A DNA stretch of 64,000 nucleotides from Guillardia theta CCMP2712. Its lineage: Eukaryota; Protista; Cryptophyta. The stretch lies in contig NW_005434489.1 of NCBI RefSeq assembly GCF_000315625.1, forward strand, positions 27,454 to 91,453, written 5' to 3'. The translations under genes were made by a program, and so were the position numbers. Under the pieces are notes generated by a model that made no database searches, was not told where the DNA came from, and saw only the letters and a list, made by a program, of their open reading frames with translations. Of this stretch, positions 41,188-54,815 are shown piece by piece. Each line of letters opens with the position of its first letter. The stretch's first letter is position 1.

Positions 41188-43156
41188 TTAACCTGTCATA
41201 ATTCGAATCTGAGACAAATTCTTCATGTTGCGGAAGAAAACAATTTTCGCCAGATGTCCGGGACTGAACTGTTCACATCCGCTCACCTAGACAAATATCA
41301 GCAGACGAGCAGCACGCGACGCATCACCGACATTCAAAGTCTGCAGCAGAGGAAACTCACTGCAGAAAAGCTCGGAGAGCTCGTCGCCTGATAAGTTCGT
41401 GCAATGTGCAATGGACAGCTCTTCCAGCTGTCCGCCAATAAGTGGCAAGGCTCTTCGGACGTCCTCGCATGTGATGTTCTTGCATCCATCAAGCCGGAGG
41501 ACAGTGATTTTATCCTGCGCTCTGAGAGCATGGAACATGTCCTCGCATGTCGCATCAGGGCAACCCGAGAAGTCGACGATGACTGGTAGATCCTCAGCTA
41601 AAGTCTCCATCGCTCCACGAGCCTAGCCTCTCCTCTGCTCCTCCTCCTCTTCTGCTCGCCCTCCCCTCTCGTCTCTGCAAGCTGAGATTCTCCTTTGCCA
41701 GGAACCCCCTTTATTGACTGAAAAAGAAAGGACACATGCGACGTTTTAAACAGGTCTGCCTCAGATCCTGACTTACTGGAAGTAAAAGACAGTAATATCT
41801 GAAATGACATTCCAAAACATCTTCACCTCCTCAGCCTTCCTATGCCGCACAACCAACCAACAACCAGCCACTCACCTGACTTGTAAGATACGCAAGCAGT
41901 CGCTGCATGCAACAGTTTCATTCACTTTATTCGCATGTACAACATAATCGACAACATAAAGAACATCATTCGTACTTCAGAAAGTCTAGAAGGCTTTCCC
42001 GGATCATCGCGTCAGCATTGTACGACTCGTACGCTTCCAAATCTCTCTGCATGCTCTTCAGCTCTTTCAAGATGTGACTGAGAGAAGGCAGCAGCATGCG
42101 TAAGAATATGTGACAATCCTCGCACTTGCTTAGTAATCTGTCGTGTTGTGCCGACAGATCTCCAAATTGTTGGCTGAGGACTCGAAGCATCTTCGCGCTC
42201 TCCTGACTCTGTCGTTCCAGGAAATCAGCTCTCTGTTTTTCATCCATAAGCCCGGCCTCGTATGCACGAGCTTGCTCCTGCAGTGCGATGCTGGACATCT
42301 CAACATTTTTATGTATGAATCGTTCTTCTTCAAGTTTCGTGAGATCATGGCTCTGCCTTGAGATGACATCTTTCAATCTTGTAATTTGATTATTGAGTAT
42401 GATGTTCCTCTCTTCTGCTTTTTGCCAGTCTTGGAACAGCAACGAAGCTGACTTGTTGAATTTCTCTGCCTCCGCTTCGGCATGTTTGCTTTGTTTCATC
42501 ACGATGGAGAGCCTCTGCCGCAGTTCTATCACCTCCTCCTCTAACTGCATCTCAAATATTGCAGATTCCTGAGTGCTGGACTTGAACAGACTTCTTAGAT
42601 TTTCTATTTCATCCTTGAGAATTTCGTTCTCTCCCACTGTTTGGTCAAGCTCTTGTTGTACCCCAATTAGATTCTTCTCAAGAGACGAATTCTTAATCAA
42701 GTATGAATCAAGACGACTCTTGCATGAAGCGCATTCATGTTGCAAATGTGCAACCTTTTCGTTGAGTTTCTGGTTCAAGGCAATCAGTTGAGAAATCTCC
42801 TTCTCCTTTTCTTGTAGTATCTCGCTCTGCATTTGGAGCTCGAGCTCCATCCCTGACGACTTTCGCTTTTCCGAAACAAAGTCTCTCTCCTTCTCCTGCA
42901 GGTTTGACCTCATTGCCTCCATGTAGTCATTTAGCATCCGCTTCAGTGCATCTTCAGCGCTCCCCGCCTCCATCTTCGCGATCCGCCTCACTCCCTCCTG
43001 CAGCTGGTACAAGAGGCGATCTTCTAGGAAGGGGGGAGGCGATTCCTTTAGGAAGGGAGGATCTTGAGGATTCGGTTCTTCCCATGGCTGTGAAAGCACA
43101 GGATCTTCCGGCAGCAGCGGGCGCCATGTCCGCCCACACCAAACCCTGTCATCCAT
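41188..43156 (-). CDS. coiled-coil protein with C-terminal cysteine-containing LRRs
   Basis: 396-aa coiled-coil exon, then VDFSGC, LRLDGCKNIT, LSIAHCTNLS and LN|VSGC repeats. Stop TAA 41190-41188. Confidence 0.75.
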
Positions 43157-43179
43157 TGCGAAACTGGATTAGCTATTGA

Positions 43180-43900
43180 TGTATTCTCATATAAAATACT
43201 ATTAAATATTATTATCAAAATCAACTTATAAATCTAAGAAAGCAATAGGTATTATATCTAATATATAAATTAATATTGATTATCAATACTGTATGCATTT
43301 AGCTCATTGCGTTTGCTACTGTTTTGCTATAAAAGATTTAACAAACACTGGTACCAACGGTTCTTTACTACATAGATCTACTAAAAGGGTGGGTCCATCG
43401 TCAATGGCGGGGTTGAGTACATAGGGTAGGGTGCAATCATCAAATCTGCACCGGGTCTATGTCCATGAGTATTTGATCAACTCTGGGGTAGGGTGATTCC
43501 GATCAGTGAGAGACGCTGAAGTATGTGGGTGGGTGATGGCTGATTGGTGGGGTGGGAGTGTGGGTAGCGGAAGGTCAGCATTTGACTGAGGGGTAGGGTG
43601 ATGAGGATTGGAGACAAGGGAAGATCGGTGGGTTCAGGTGGTGATAGGCAGATCGACTCGAGGGGTGGGTGTAGATATCAGATGGGGTGGGGGTAGTAGA
43701 CTTCCAGGGTGGTCTTAATATATTGATAGAAGCGTTTCGAAAGGAAAGAGAGATGCGGGGGTGAATCCTTTATCCTTGAGGGGGTAGTGGGGATTGAATG
43801 AGAGAAGGTGTAGAAAGGTGGGTAGGGTACACTGGCCTGGCAACTGGTGGGGTTACAAGTGGAGGGGGTGCGGGAGGGGTAGGGGTGGAGGGGCCTGGTG
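43180..43900. promoter_or_regulatory. AT-rich tract plus GGGTAGGGT-rich island in a divergent intergenic region
   Basis: GGGTAGGGT at ~43423, 43487, 43591 and 43820, with a very AT-rich stretch at 43180-43350. Confidence 0.45.
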
Positions 43901-44635
43901 GCGCGCGATGGAGATGCGAAGAAGGATAGGAAGGGTGTGGGTCGATGAAGTTGAGGATGGAGGCACCAAACTTGCTCTGTGCACTCTCAAGTTTTGTACA
44001 CTCGAGAATCTTTGCTGTCTTTTCGTTGCTGTAGCATTGTGTTTCATGCGAGTATGATAGGTTATGGGTGGTGATACACCGGAACTGATTTTGTGGGAAT
44101 GTGTGAATATCCGTCTAGTGGCAGAGATCATGCTTTGACATGCATGGAAGCGAGACGTGTGCAGTGTTTTCTCGGGCCGCATGCTGCAGATTTTTAGTGC
44201 ATTTGCTTTATGCACGATCTCGATATCAATTTTTCGACAAGTTTGCATTTGATGAGCCCTGCGGTGTTCAGCCAGATGGTGTACGTAAGGAAGATGAACT
44301 GCATGTGTGTGTTATCAGAGATTTTGAATTGTGTTGTGGTTTGTTCCCCCAACGTTCTTCAATTTGCTTTGCCATGGCTAAGATTGACTTGCTGGTAGCG
44401 TGGCCCCTCTTGGTGACAAGTATCTATTAGATGGATCTGGGTATTTGATTATTTTGCGTCCACAATCGTGTACCGAAATTGTGTTAGCTCGAAACCCAAT
44501 GTCATGTAGCGTCTTGTATGCAATTTTGACACGTACAATCTGTCATCGAGGCAGTGCCTAAAACATCCTTCCGCAAACTGTTTTGTATTGTTCATGGTTA
44601 ACATTAATCATTCCTAGGGTGACCAGTCTTCAAGC

Positions 44636-47236
44636 ATGGCTGCTGGAAATAAAGAGAAGGATAAAAGAAGCGCAAACGACGATGAAGAAAGCAAACTTCC
44701 GGCGAAGGCGCAAGGAGATGAGCAAGTCGTGGGAAACAAGCGGAGCACTCGAAACACAAATCAGAAGACGATTGGAGATTTCTTTCCTACAAAAAAGAAT
44801 CGCTCGAGAGCTCCCGTGAAGTCCGTGAAAGAGCATCAAAATGATAGCAGACAGCGAAGCTCTGACGGTAAGGTGCGTTCCAACAATCCGTTGTCAGTAA
44901 TTGGGTTGAAGATCTTGAATCCGGAGATGAACCTAAGATTGATTTCGCACAACCTCCAGAGAAACTTCCATCAGGTCTTGGAATCCAGTACCATTACATG
45001 CCAGAGATGTGTTGACATCTGCAAAGGTCCAAGGGTCAAAGAAATCCGTGGCACGACTCAAACTCAGGAGGAGCCTGATGACATGAACCAAGCGGCAGCT
45101 TTGCTGCAGTCGCTGTCGTCAACCATGAAAATGGAAGTGAATATGGATGATTCAACCAACGCAGAAATGTATTATTGGACCTCATCCCTTTTCCGATCCG
45201 CTCATTGTCTTGTAGAGGAAACGACGTCACTGGCAGCGCTGAGAAAAGATCTACCTCCAACAAGGAGGTGGCGAATGTTGAGAAATTATGGGGTCGTTGA
45301 TTCCGCTCTTTAAGATGACTTGTCCCCCAATCAGCGACACCTGGGCCTGGAAACCTTCCTGTCATGCAGGTGGATGCTGTTTGATTTTCTCCCTTGCTCC
45401 TAAGCGACACTAGGCCTTCTCACATATCATGACGGAAGAAAGCGCTGGTATCATTGCACCAGATGTGTGGTATGAATCAAGAAGATGGCGTCTTGCTTTG
45501 TAAATTTCATGATACAGTATTTCAACGATCGGTTGTATCATAGCAAAATGCATTTTCAAAGGATTCATGTCAAACAGGTATGCTTCCTGAAAATTTCATG
45601 AGTCGCATAATGTTCAAAATTCTCAACTTTTTTGACAGGGAAAATCAATGCCGCGAAAGCGCAAATATGTTGATCCAGGTTTGTGTTGTTTCGTTCGTTG
45701 ATGCCATTTTCTCATTGATGTTTCAAGCTGGAAGCAATGCCGCCTACGCAGCTCAGCTTCCTCCACAGCATGTGCAGCAACCGGTAATATAGTCTGAAGT
45801 AGTTGCATGGAGTCTGAATATTCGTAGTACTCGAGGGTTCGACAGCCAGGAGACAAGTGGCTGAAAACAGCAGCAAATGACGCAGGTGCATCACCGTAAA
45901 ATCTTGAATGTGAATTGATTCCTTTACAGTTTCAAACGGTTTCCGTTATCAATCTGTGAAAGATACTCATAATCAACACATGTAGATACACACTTGTGTA
46001 TACCGATTAACTTAATTCATTGTATGGCTGACAGGGATGATACCTCTTCGGCTGGTACAGCATCTCCTACAAACAGTACCAATTCTGATGAGGTTGAGCT
46101 TTCGCAAGAACAGAAGGAGGTAGGTGTTGATTGTTAAAAGTGCTTATGGGATGATATCTTGGTTTACTTGATGTCAGGATATCGAAAGAAATCTCGGTTT
46201 ACAAAAAGATGAGATACAGGTGAGCAAGAATTCATTAACAGAACTGAATTGATGAACATGGCAGATCTATTGCTTCGAAGATCATCAGAAAGCCTTGACT
46301 CAAGCTTGTGAGAAGGCCATGAAGCTGTCTTCGTATGAAGCAGGTACCTACGAGATCTTTCTCCTCGCTTTGCATATCGCTGATCTGCCTGCAGTCGTTT
46401 CGTTCGAATCACCCGAGGGATTATTGGCCCCTAGCAAGGAACCAGCTAAATCCAACAAGAAACCGCCTGCCCAATTGAATATCGCTGAAACCTCCATCGC
46501 GATCAGCGGCCCTATGGAGAAAACTTGGTGGTGGCACAGGCCAGGTCAGCCTCTTACCTAGACCGGAAACTGTTGAGATGAAAGTGTGGTACAGGTGGCA
46601 TGGGAAGCGATGAGAATGGGCAACGATACGACTCGTCGTCCGAATCAAGTCAGGTTGTTCTGGCAGTAGAAGAAAGATTCCAATGGCAGGCAGGCAACTT
46701 CATGGGCAATGCTCAGGCTCAAGTGAAACTTGAAGATAGTGATGTGACGCTGGATGGCGGAATCTCGGCGGCTACTGCTCTTGCAAAGAAAGACGAGCGA
46801 GCCATGCCCAATGGCTCCAAGTCTCCAGCACAAACTTCAGCTCTATTAGATGATAATACTTCATCTGTGGAGAACGGAAAGGGTGCCAAGCGAAAGCTTC
46901 AGTTCCACCAGGGAGGCAAACAAGGAACAGCCGTAACGGAGGGAGGGGTCAAGGCAAAGGCAAAGAGAATGTGGAGACGATGGGAACCAGCAGAGGATGA
47001 GGCGCTCAAGCAAGCAGTGCGGGTGCGATGAGCCGAGGTGGGGATACGTCATGACGCGTCCTGCAGATGCACGGTACCAAGGACTGGATTTCCATCCAAT
47101 CGGCAATGAAAACTGACAGATCTATTAAGCAGCTGCAGGTAGGGATGAGGAGGAGGAGGAGGTCGAGAGAAGATGACATGATCTGCAGGACCACTGGAAC
47201 GATCTCAAGCATGATAGGAAGCACAACAAGAACTGA
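44636..47236 (+). CDS. multi-exon protein with a single C-terminal Myb/SANT repeat (TRF-like layout)
   Basis: RRWEPAEDEALKQAVR|MHGTKDWISIQSAMKTDRSIKQLQ|DHWNDLK at the C-terminus. Confidence 0.7.
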
Positions 47237-47339
47237 TGCTTCTGCTGTCTCAGAAAGCCGACGCGATTGATGTAATTTGAATCTTGGTAATTGAATAACT
47301 TGTTTACGTCGGAAGATTCCGCGACGCTTGTGCATGACT

Positions 47340-49907
47340 TCATACTCGAGTAGCTCGCCAGCTAATTTCTTCCCCGGCCATGAAGGGGACGACAGGTGAA
47401 GATCCTGCGACCTCCACTGCTGCTGGGATCGTCCATGTGGCCTTCTCGAGCTTCACCTGTGGAGGGTCAGGAGGTCAGCATGAGATGTGAGGTGATACGG
47501 AGGTCGAGTTGCGAGGCAGGCCGTAGAAGTCAGCGCCTGTGACCTGATGCGTCAAGAAAGAGGACAAGACAAGAAAAATCACCATGATGGCTCACGAAAC
47601 CCTCCAGCTGGCGTCAAAAGTTAGTCGAGTGACTTGCTGCTCACACTTACATTCTCAAGCTTTCCCTCCGCCTCGAACAGCTGGGCGTAGAGCTCGAGAG
47701 CTGCCGGGGCTGTGAAGCAGCCAGCGCAACCGCACGAGCACTGCAGCCTTGTGACTTGAGACAACAGTCGAGGGAAGCGCCTCACCTCCTTCTTGTCCAC
47801 CGTGTGGGGGGCTGAGTCAGTCCCCGCAAAGAACTTGCTGGACCCGGAGGTGGCAGCAGCGACTAGCGCCTGCGGCGAAGGAGAGGGTCATAGATCCAAG
47901 AGAAAGTATAGAGGAGAAGGGGAGAGAGATCGGAGCAAAGGAGGAGAGGATATGGAATCAAACGAGCAGGAAAGAAAGCACAAGGTGAGGAGGATCACGA
48001 GGAAGGTGAGGAGGATCACGAGGAAGGGGACGGACATGGAGACCTTGCGATGTTCTTCTCGCTTTAGGACCGGCAGACAGTAGTGATGTGGCCGCAAGCC
48101 TCCAGCTCCTCCATAGCTGATAATCCGTCACGACCGTTTTCAAGGGGTCCAGCAGTGCTTGACCTAAAGAGAGCATTGCGATTGAGGAGGAGATGCTGCA
48201 CAGTCAACGTGCCGCAAACTCCTTTGCGGGCATTCTGGACGAACTCGACACCTTCTGCTCATTGTGGATAAGCGAAGGAGAGCAGGGGAGGGGAACGAGA
48301 AAGGGAGATAGGGGAGGGAGGGAAGGGGAGCGAAGGGAGGAAGGGGACAGGCAGGAAAGGGAGGGAAAACAATAAGGAGAAGGGGAGGGAGAAGAACCTT
48401 TGGTGGTTATGTGCTCCATGACGATCTTGAGGTTAGGCAACAAGTCCACCTGGTAGACAATCAACCCTCCTCCAAGTCATCTTCACTCCAATCTCTCCTG
48501 CTCTCTCCTCCTCCTCCTCCTCCTCCTCCTCCTCCTCCTCCTCCTCCTCCTCGCGCTTACTAATGGTGCCAACACATTGCGAACCCACGTAGCCTCTCGA
48601 TCGAAGACGTCGACGGTCGGGTCCGTGCTCTCCTGCAGCAAAGCTCCATGTCCCTCTTCCCCTACATCTCAAGACTTTCGTACCCCGTGACATAGCAGAG
48701 GCATTCCGACTTCCTCCTGTAGTTGCAGTGAATAGAGCAACCCAGGCAGGAAGGAGGAGGCAGGCCATGACGTGACAAGAACGACACAAGCAGAGGTGGA
48801 GAATGTGTGGGAGAGAGCAGGAGGAGGAGGGAGGAGGAGGAGGAGGGAGGGGGGACGAAGAGACGGAGGAGAGGGGATATTCAGGCTGACCATGGCCTTG
48901 AGTGTGGGAAGAACTTTCTCTAGCTCTGTTTCCTTCACTCCTGCCCCCGAGTTGGTGGTAGCTCCTGCCGGATACCACTTGACCGCCGTGACCGTTCCGT
49001 CCGCCGCAGCCTGCACGACATGAGTAGAGGAAGGTAGCAACAGGACGAGAGGGAGGGAGAGAGAGAGAGAGCAGAAAGGAAGGTCAGAAAATGAGATCAG
49101 GCACTGCAAACCAGAGCTAGCCCATGGCAGGTACTCATATGGGTGAAGATGTGAAGGGACTAGACAAGGACAAGGACAAGCAGAATGAGGGCTAAGACGG
49201 TACGTGACCTGTTTGATATCTTCAGGAGTGGTCTGATGTGTGAGATACAAAGTCATCAGAGGGTCAAACTCTGTCCCTTGAGGGATTGCAGCGAGAATCC
49301 TCTTCTTGTATTCTTTGGCCATCTGCAAAAACATCAAACAAAAATGATAAGACGAGGAGGACGAGGAGGACGAGGAGGATGCAAAAGTACTGTACCTGTA
49401 GCGTTGAGACTGGAGGGACAAGATTCGGCATGATGATAGCTCTGCGGAAGATACGTGCTGTGTGCGGGAGTACTGCCTTGAGCATTTCGCCATCTCTGTT
49501 TGCCGGAAAGATTGTGATGAGATGGTCACGCGATCCCTTTATCATTCTTGAAACCGATTGACTACCAAAACTGAATGCTGATCGTCCAATTTCTTCTATC
49601 TCCTCCTCCTCTCATCTTCCTCTCTCTACAGTTTCTCTCCCCCTTCTGCTCCTCCTGCTCCTCCTGCTCCTCCTGCTCTTCTCATCTTCTCCCCCTACTC
49701 TCCCCTAATCCTGCCCCTGCTTCTCTCTCCCCTCCTTTCTTCCTCTTCTCCTCTTCTCCGCTTCTCCGCTTCTCCTAGACTACTTCTCTCTCCTCTCCTC
49801 TCCTCTCTGCTCCTTCTCCTTCTCCTCCTCCTCTCGTACCTCACATGGAGGTGTAAATCGTCAGGTGAAGCGATCTGCATGTCCGATTGGAGGCCGTGGG
49901 CCCTCAT
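47340..49907 (-). CDS. pyrC: dihydroorotase (class II, PyrC/Ura4 type)
   Basis: PDDLHLHVR|[84 protein letters not shown]. Confidence 0.95.
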
Positions 49908-50033
49908 CCCCTCATTTTCTCAAAGAACCCTGAGGGGGGCTCGGTGTTTACTGTGACGAGTCCGCCTCATGGATTACCGAAGAGACATGCAGCGGTGAGC
50001 AATGATGATGATGAGATGATGTCAGACGATCGA

Positions 50034-50214
50034 GCAGGGGCAGGGGCAGGGGCAGGGGCAGGGGCAGGGGCAGGGGCAGGCAGGGGCAGGAGCAGGAGCA
50101 GGAGCAGGAGCAGGGGCAGGCAGGGGCAGGGGCAGGGGCAGGGGCAGGGGCAGGGGCAGGGGCAGGGGCAGGGGCAGGGGCAGGGGCAGGCAGGGGCAGG
50201 AGCAGGAGCAGGGG
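50034..50214. repeat. (GGGGCA/GGAGCA)n hexamer array
   Basis: Same unit as 1113-1330 on the opposite strand, between divergent genes. Confidence 0.9.
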
Positions 50215-50287
50215 ATGAGAGCAGAGAAAGAGCAGCAGGAAGAAGATATGGAGAAGAGTGAGAGAAGGAGGACGAAAGAGGGTGAGA

Positions 50288-51320
50288 TGGAGTGCTCCTT
50301 TGCTTGTTTTTCCCATCATCTGCGCATAAAACCGTACTCGACTGATCATTTTCTGTCAGATACACCCTTCTGTCAGGAATTGCGCTACTAGCAGTGTCAG
50401 CGCTTGTTGTTGTTATTCATCTCAGCGTATCGTCTACAGGGTCAGTTTCTGCCACCTTGTCTGAATTCATTCATGAATTTACCTGCAGATCTCAACGCGT
50501 GTCTTCTTTGCTCACTCGGCGCGAGTTGAACAAGGTTTGTTCCAAGACAAGCTTCCATGGCCTCTGATATGTGCCATGCAGGCAGCTCCCGGCTGCAAGT
50601 GGTGGTTCTGTCGGGAGCCTGAGGGCTATGGCTCAGGTGAGAGGAAAGGAACCTTGTGGCCGCTTGTTGATTGACCGCGGAGCTGCAGCTGCTGCTCTAT
50701 CTGCAACCTCACACCCGGGCTACACCATCGAAGAGACGGACCATCTTCCCTCTAGCGAGCAGGTGCAGTACAACCAGCAGCTTTCGCTCGCCCCCTCTGA
50801 CCGCGAGCTGTAGAGCCTGATCGCGCCCTATGTCACCTCCCTCTGGGGCCCATACGTGCGTCCCCAGGAGACTCGTCGCCGAGTGAGGGTCCACCAGCAG
50901 CAGCGGAGCTCTCCCTCTCATTCCTCCTTGGCTCGCGAATGGCTTCCTGCTCAAATCGTCTCACAAGCAGCGGCTGAGAACCGAGGGATCAGCGTGATCC
51001 CTTCGGGGTACGCGCCTTCGCGGGCTCCGGACTCTGTCTACTACGACGACGCCCAACGGGACCTCCACGATATCCCTGCTCGGACCTCGTCTGTTCGCCC
51101 AGAGATCACAGGATACCAGATCGTGATCAACGATCCCTTCCGTTCTCAGCGAGTGAGGAGGGTGAGGGAGGACGAGGCTGCCAACCTGCGACAGAGACAA
51201 GAAAAGCTGAAGCGGCTGCAGCGTCTGAAACTGCTGGGAACTCCAGCTTCAATCACTGCGATCAAGAACGGAGGACAAGAATATGTCGACAAGCTCGAGC
51301 GAGACATTCTGAGTCACTGA
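50288..51320 (+). CDS. hypothetical protein with N-terminal membrane anchor
   Basis: LLSGIALLAVSALVVVIHLSV transmembrane exon, several short introns, last exon ORF 50856-51320. Confidence 0.55.
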
Positions 51321-52187
51321 CCGATCATCGCGAACTTCCATCATGCCTCTCGCCCACCATGTCAAGTTTTTGCCCTCCAGTTGACAAGCATCGATATTGT
51401 TTCTTTCACATTTTCTTGTGACGATAATCGTCACAAGACATGCAGGTTTGGTGATGTTCTGACATGATTGTCATTATACCGTCGCAATCAGTCATCACAA
51501 ACAGCTCTCTTCTGCACCCACTCTTTGAATTCCTTGTAAGTTTTAGTTGACGGTAAATGACTTTTACACTTCTCTCTCCCACTCCTCCCCTCCCCATCCT
51601 CACCTATCTTCCTCTCCTATCTTCGTTTTCCTTCCTCCTTACACGCATGGCTGTGGATTGTACTGGGGGCGATTCTGCTTGCTACCTTGCTCGAACTCCT
51701 TGTCCTGCTCGAAATCTCCGCACTTCAATTTGAAAAAAAACGCCTCCCCTCCTTCCCAGTTCCCCGAGCCAGAACCCCACCTCCTGCTCTCCGCGCCTCA
51801 CTCTCTCTGCTTTCCCGCCTTTGCTTGTTCCGATCATCGTCGTCTTCGTTGACTGTCTTTCCTCGTCTTCCCTCTCATCTTCTTCTCTCCTGCTCATCTT
51901 ACCTCCCACGTTGATCCTTGCTGCTCTTCGATCCTCCGTAAACCTCGCGTGCTGTCTTCTGACGTCCTTCCTGCCATCCACTTGCCTCGGCACCTCCTCT
52001 TCTCCTGTCGCTTTCCCTAGCCTGACACTGCCATGCCAGATCCTCGCTGCGTGTAGAGATGCAGGAAGCAGGGGAGAATCAGGAAGCAATGTCCCAAGCG
52101 CTCTGAGGGAAGGGAGGAGCTGCCAGTCACTTGCTGGAGCCTTGTGCGTGCAAGCATAGCACTCCGAACCATCAGGTCGTGACAGCC

Positions 52188-53448
52188 ATGCGATTTGACG
52201 CCGAGAGAAGGTTTGTGGCGATCGCAATCATGCTTCATGCGGCGAAGCTTCATGCGAGATGCGAAGGGAGCGGGAGGAAACAACAAGAGATCTTTGAGTC
52301 AAGGAGAATGCAATCTACGATCATGCGACCTGAAGAGCGCAGCTCAATGCATAACTGCACCAAAGAAGAAGAATCGATGTTGATCTTCTCCAAGAGATTT
52401 CCCGATGCGCATCGAAAGGTGAGGAAATTGCGAGGAAGGAATGAAAGTTGAATGAGCCCCCAGGAGCTGGAAAGGTTTTTGAAGAAGAGCAGAGGAGACG
52501 TAGAGCGAGCGATAGGCAAGTACAGCAGGTGCCGCCGCTTGTCCGCCTGCTTGTCGCTAAAACATGGCAGGTTTGTCAGTTGGAAGGAAGAGAATGTTGC
52601 GTCCATGGCACATCGTGTTGAGAAACTCCCGGAGTTCATTTGGAACTGCGGGGAAGCAAGGGACGGCTCTGGTTTTATGTTTGTGCAAGGCGCGATGTAC
52701 GATCCCAGCAGAGGAACTGCACAGGACTACGCGGTCTACACAGTGAAGGTAGGAGAGTCATGAAGATTGATAATGGATATTACATGTGACGATGATGCGT
52801 GCAGCTTGTTGTATTGCCGATATGAATGTGATGGTGTTGTGATTGACTTTAGATTGATGTCTAGTGATGATGGGCTGGCTTCATGTTTCATGTTGTCCAT
52901 CTCACCTGCTTGAACCAGAAAATGCTCGAGATCGACGCAAACTCAAGTCTACGACTCACAGTCCTGATCGACGTGCGGGCGGGACACGGGTAGGAAGAAA
53001 ACAAACTACCCTCATAGTTCTACTCTCAAAGGTTCTTCTACTCTCACTCCCTCACTTCCTTTCAGATGGCCGAACCCACCAGCCACTAGCCTGCTGTCGT
53101 ACCTCAGACAAGTGGCTCCCCTGCTCAACGATTTCTTTCCTGGTGCCCTGAGACCTTGGCGACTCTCGTCTCATCGCTGCTGGCAGGAAGGCTAGAGCGG
53201 ATGCTGATCTACCCCGTTCCTCGCACCGCTGCGATCGTGTGGGAAGTCGTCCGATACTTGTTGGATAGCACGACCGCATCCAAGATTCGCATGATATCAG
53301 GACGTGACAGGTGGGGAGACGTGAGGAGAGGCGAGCAGGTTATTTGAGGCGCAGGGAAGACAGCGTTCCTCCATGTGCTCTCAAAGAGTTCGTGGAGTTT
53401 GCCCGACTTCCCTCGATTGCTCAAAGTCGTTATCATACATGCGAGTGA
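52188..53448 (+). CDS. CRAL-TRIO (Sec14-like) lipid-binding protein
   Basis: ELERFLKKSRGDVERAI, LTVLIDVR, LLNDFFP|GRLERMLIYPVP..IVWEVVRYLLDSTTASKI. Confidence 0.85.
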
Positions 53449-54439
53449 TGGCGCTGGAGGTGAGTCGAGTTGCACAAATTTACATGACGTGAAGGTGCAG
53501 AAAATTGGAGGAAAGAAAGGGGAACCATCACATCTCGTAAAGTTAACTGACATCCTTGAGTCTTGGTCAACTTCACCCCGAGCTGGCCACACTATCAGGC
53601 CCCCAGAGACCAGCATCGAAGGTCGCCTGCATTGAAATCAACAACGACAAGCATGGGCATGGGCTCGCTGAGGATACCGGCTCCCAGGAAACGACGTCGT
53701 TGCCCGGGAGATGCACTTCAGGATACCTAAAGGCTCAGACGTCAACCAAGGCGTCAAGGCTGGGGCATAAGGAGCCTCACAAGCGGCAGCCCGGGCTCTG
53801 GTCATAGCCTACTGTCTTGTACGTAGGGACGAAACCTGGCTGCGAACATCATCAATGACTCATACAGAGCTAATGAGAATGACTAGGACTGAAGTACGAT
53901 TAAACATGGAAATTGATACTGAAATTCGGAGCAAGACGGGGAAAACAGGCCACAAGCACAATGGCGGTAATGGTGGGAGGGAGACTGGTGAAAGGAAGCA
54001 TTGGGCATCGGACGGTTGCAGGAACTGGGCATGGGGTTGGAGGGAAGGAAGAAGAGGCATACGATGTCCGCTAGGAAAGGTCGAATGGGTGACGGTGAAG
54101 TGAGGAGAACACAAAGTGGGATACTTCAAAGAGCAGGAGCAGGACAGCAGATGCTGAGCATAATTGGCAATTGTGGCAGATAGTGCAGTCAGCAGGACCA
54201 ATTGGGAGGAGTAGCGAGCAGGAGTTGAAGACGGACAGGAGAGGAGGGAAAACTAACTTATCGGAAAGACGGGGGAGTAGAATATGGATTGTACATGAGG
54301 CAGCAGGAGATGGGATGGATGGATCTGCAGAAAGGAAGGATGGAGCACAAGATCGACCATCAAGATCCAGCAGCAGGAGCAGGACAAGGAACCAGAAATA
54401 GAGAGGCGAGATCTGAAGGGGAGATAGATAGAGAGGAGG

Positions 54440-54815
54440 ACGATGAGGAGGAGGAAGAGGAGGAGTACGACGATGATCAGGAACATGACGATGAGGAAGA
54501 TGAGGAGGAGGGGAAGTACGACGATGAGGAACATGAGGAGGAGGAGGAGTACGACGATGAGGAGCATGAGGAGGAGGAGTAGTATGACGATGAGAAACAT
54601 GAGGAGGAGGAGAAGTATGACGATGAGAAACATGAGGAGGAGGAGTACGACGATGAGGAACATGAGGAGGAGGAGGAGTACGACGATGAGGAACATGAGG
54701 AGGAGGAGTACGACGATGAGGAAGATGAGGAGGAGGAGTACGACGATGAGGAAGATGAGGAGGAGGAGTACGACGATGAGGAAGATGAGGAGGAGGAGTA
54801 CGACGATGAGGAAGA
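54440..54815. repeat. 30-33 bp minisatellite (gaggaggaggagtacgacgatgaggaa(g/c)at), ~11 copies
   Basis: Directly visible, with copies more homogeneous toward the right. Confidence 0.9.

Noticed and set aside
54440-54815. CRISPR-like array or acidic repeat protein
   Set aside because: Contiguous tandem units with no unique spacers and no cas genes in a eukaryotic context; the acidic frame has a stop.
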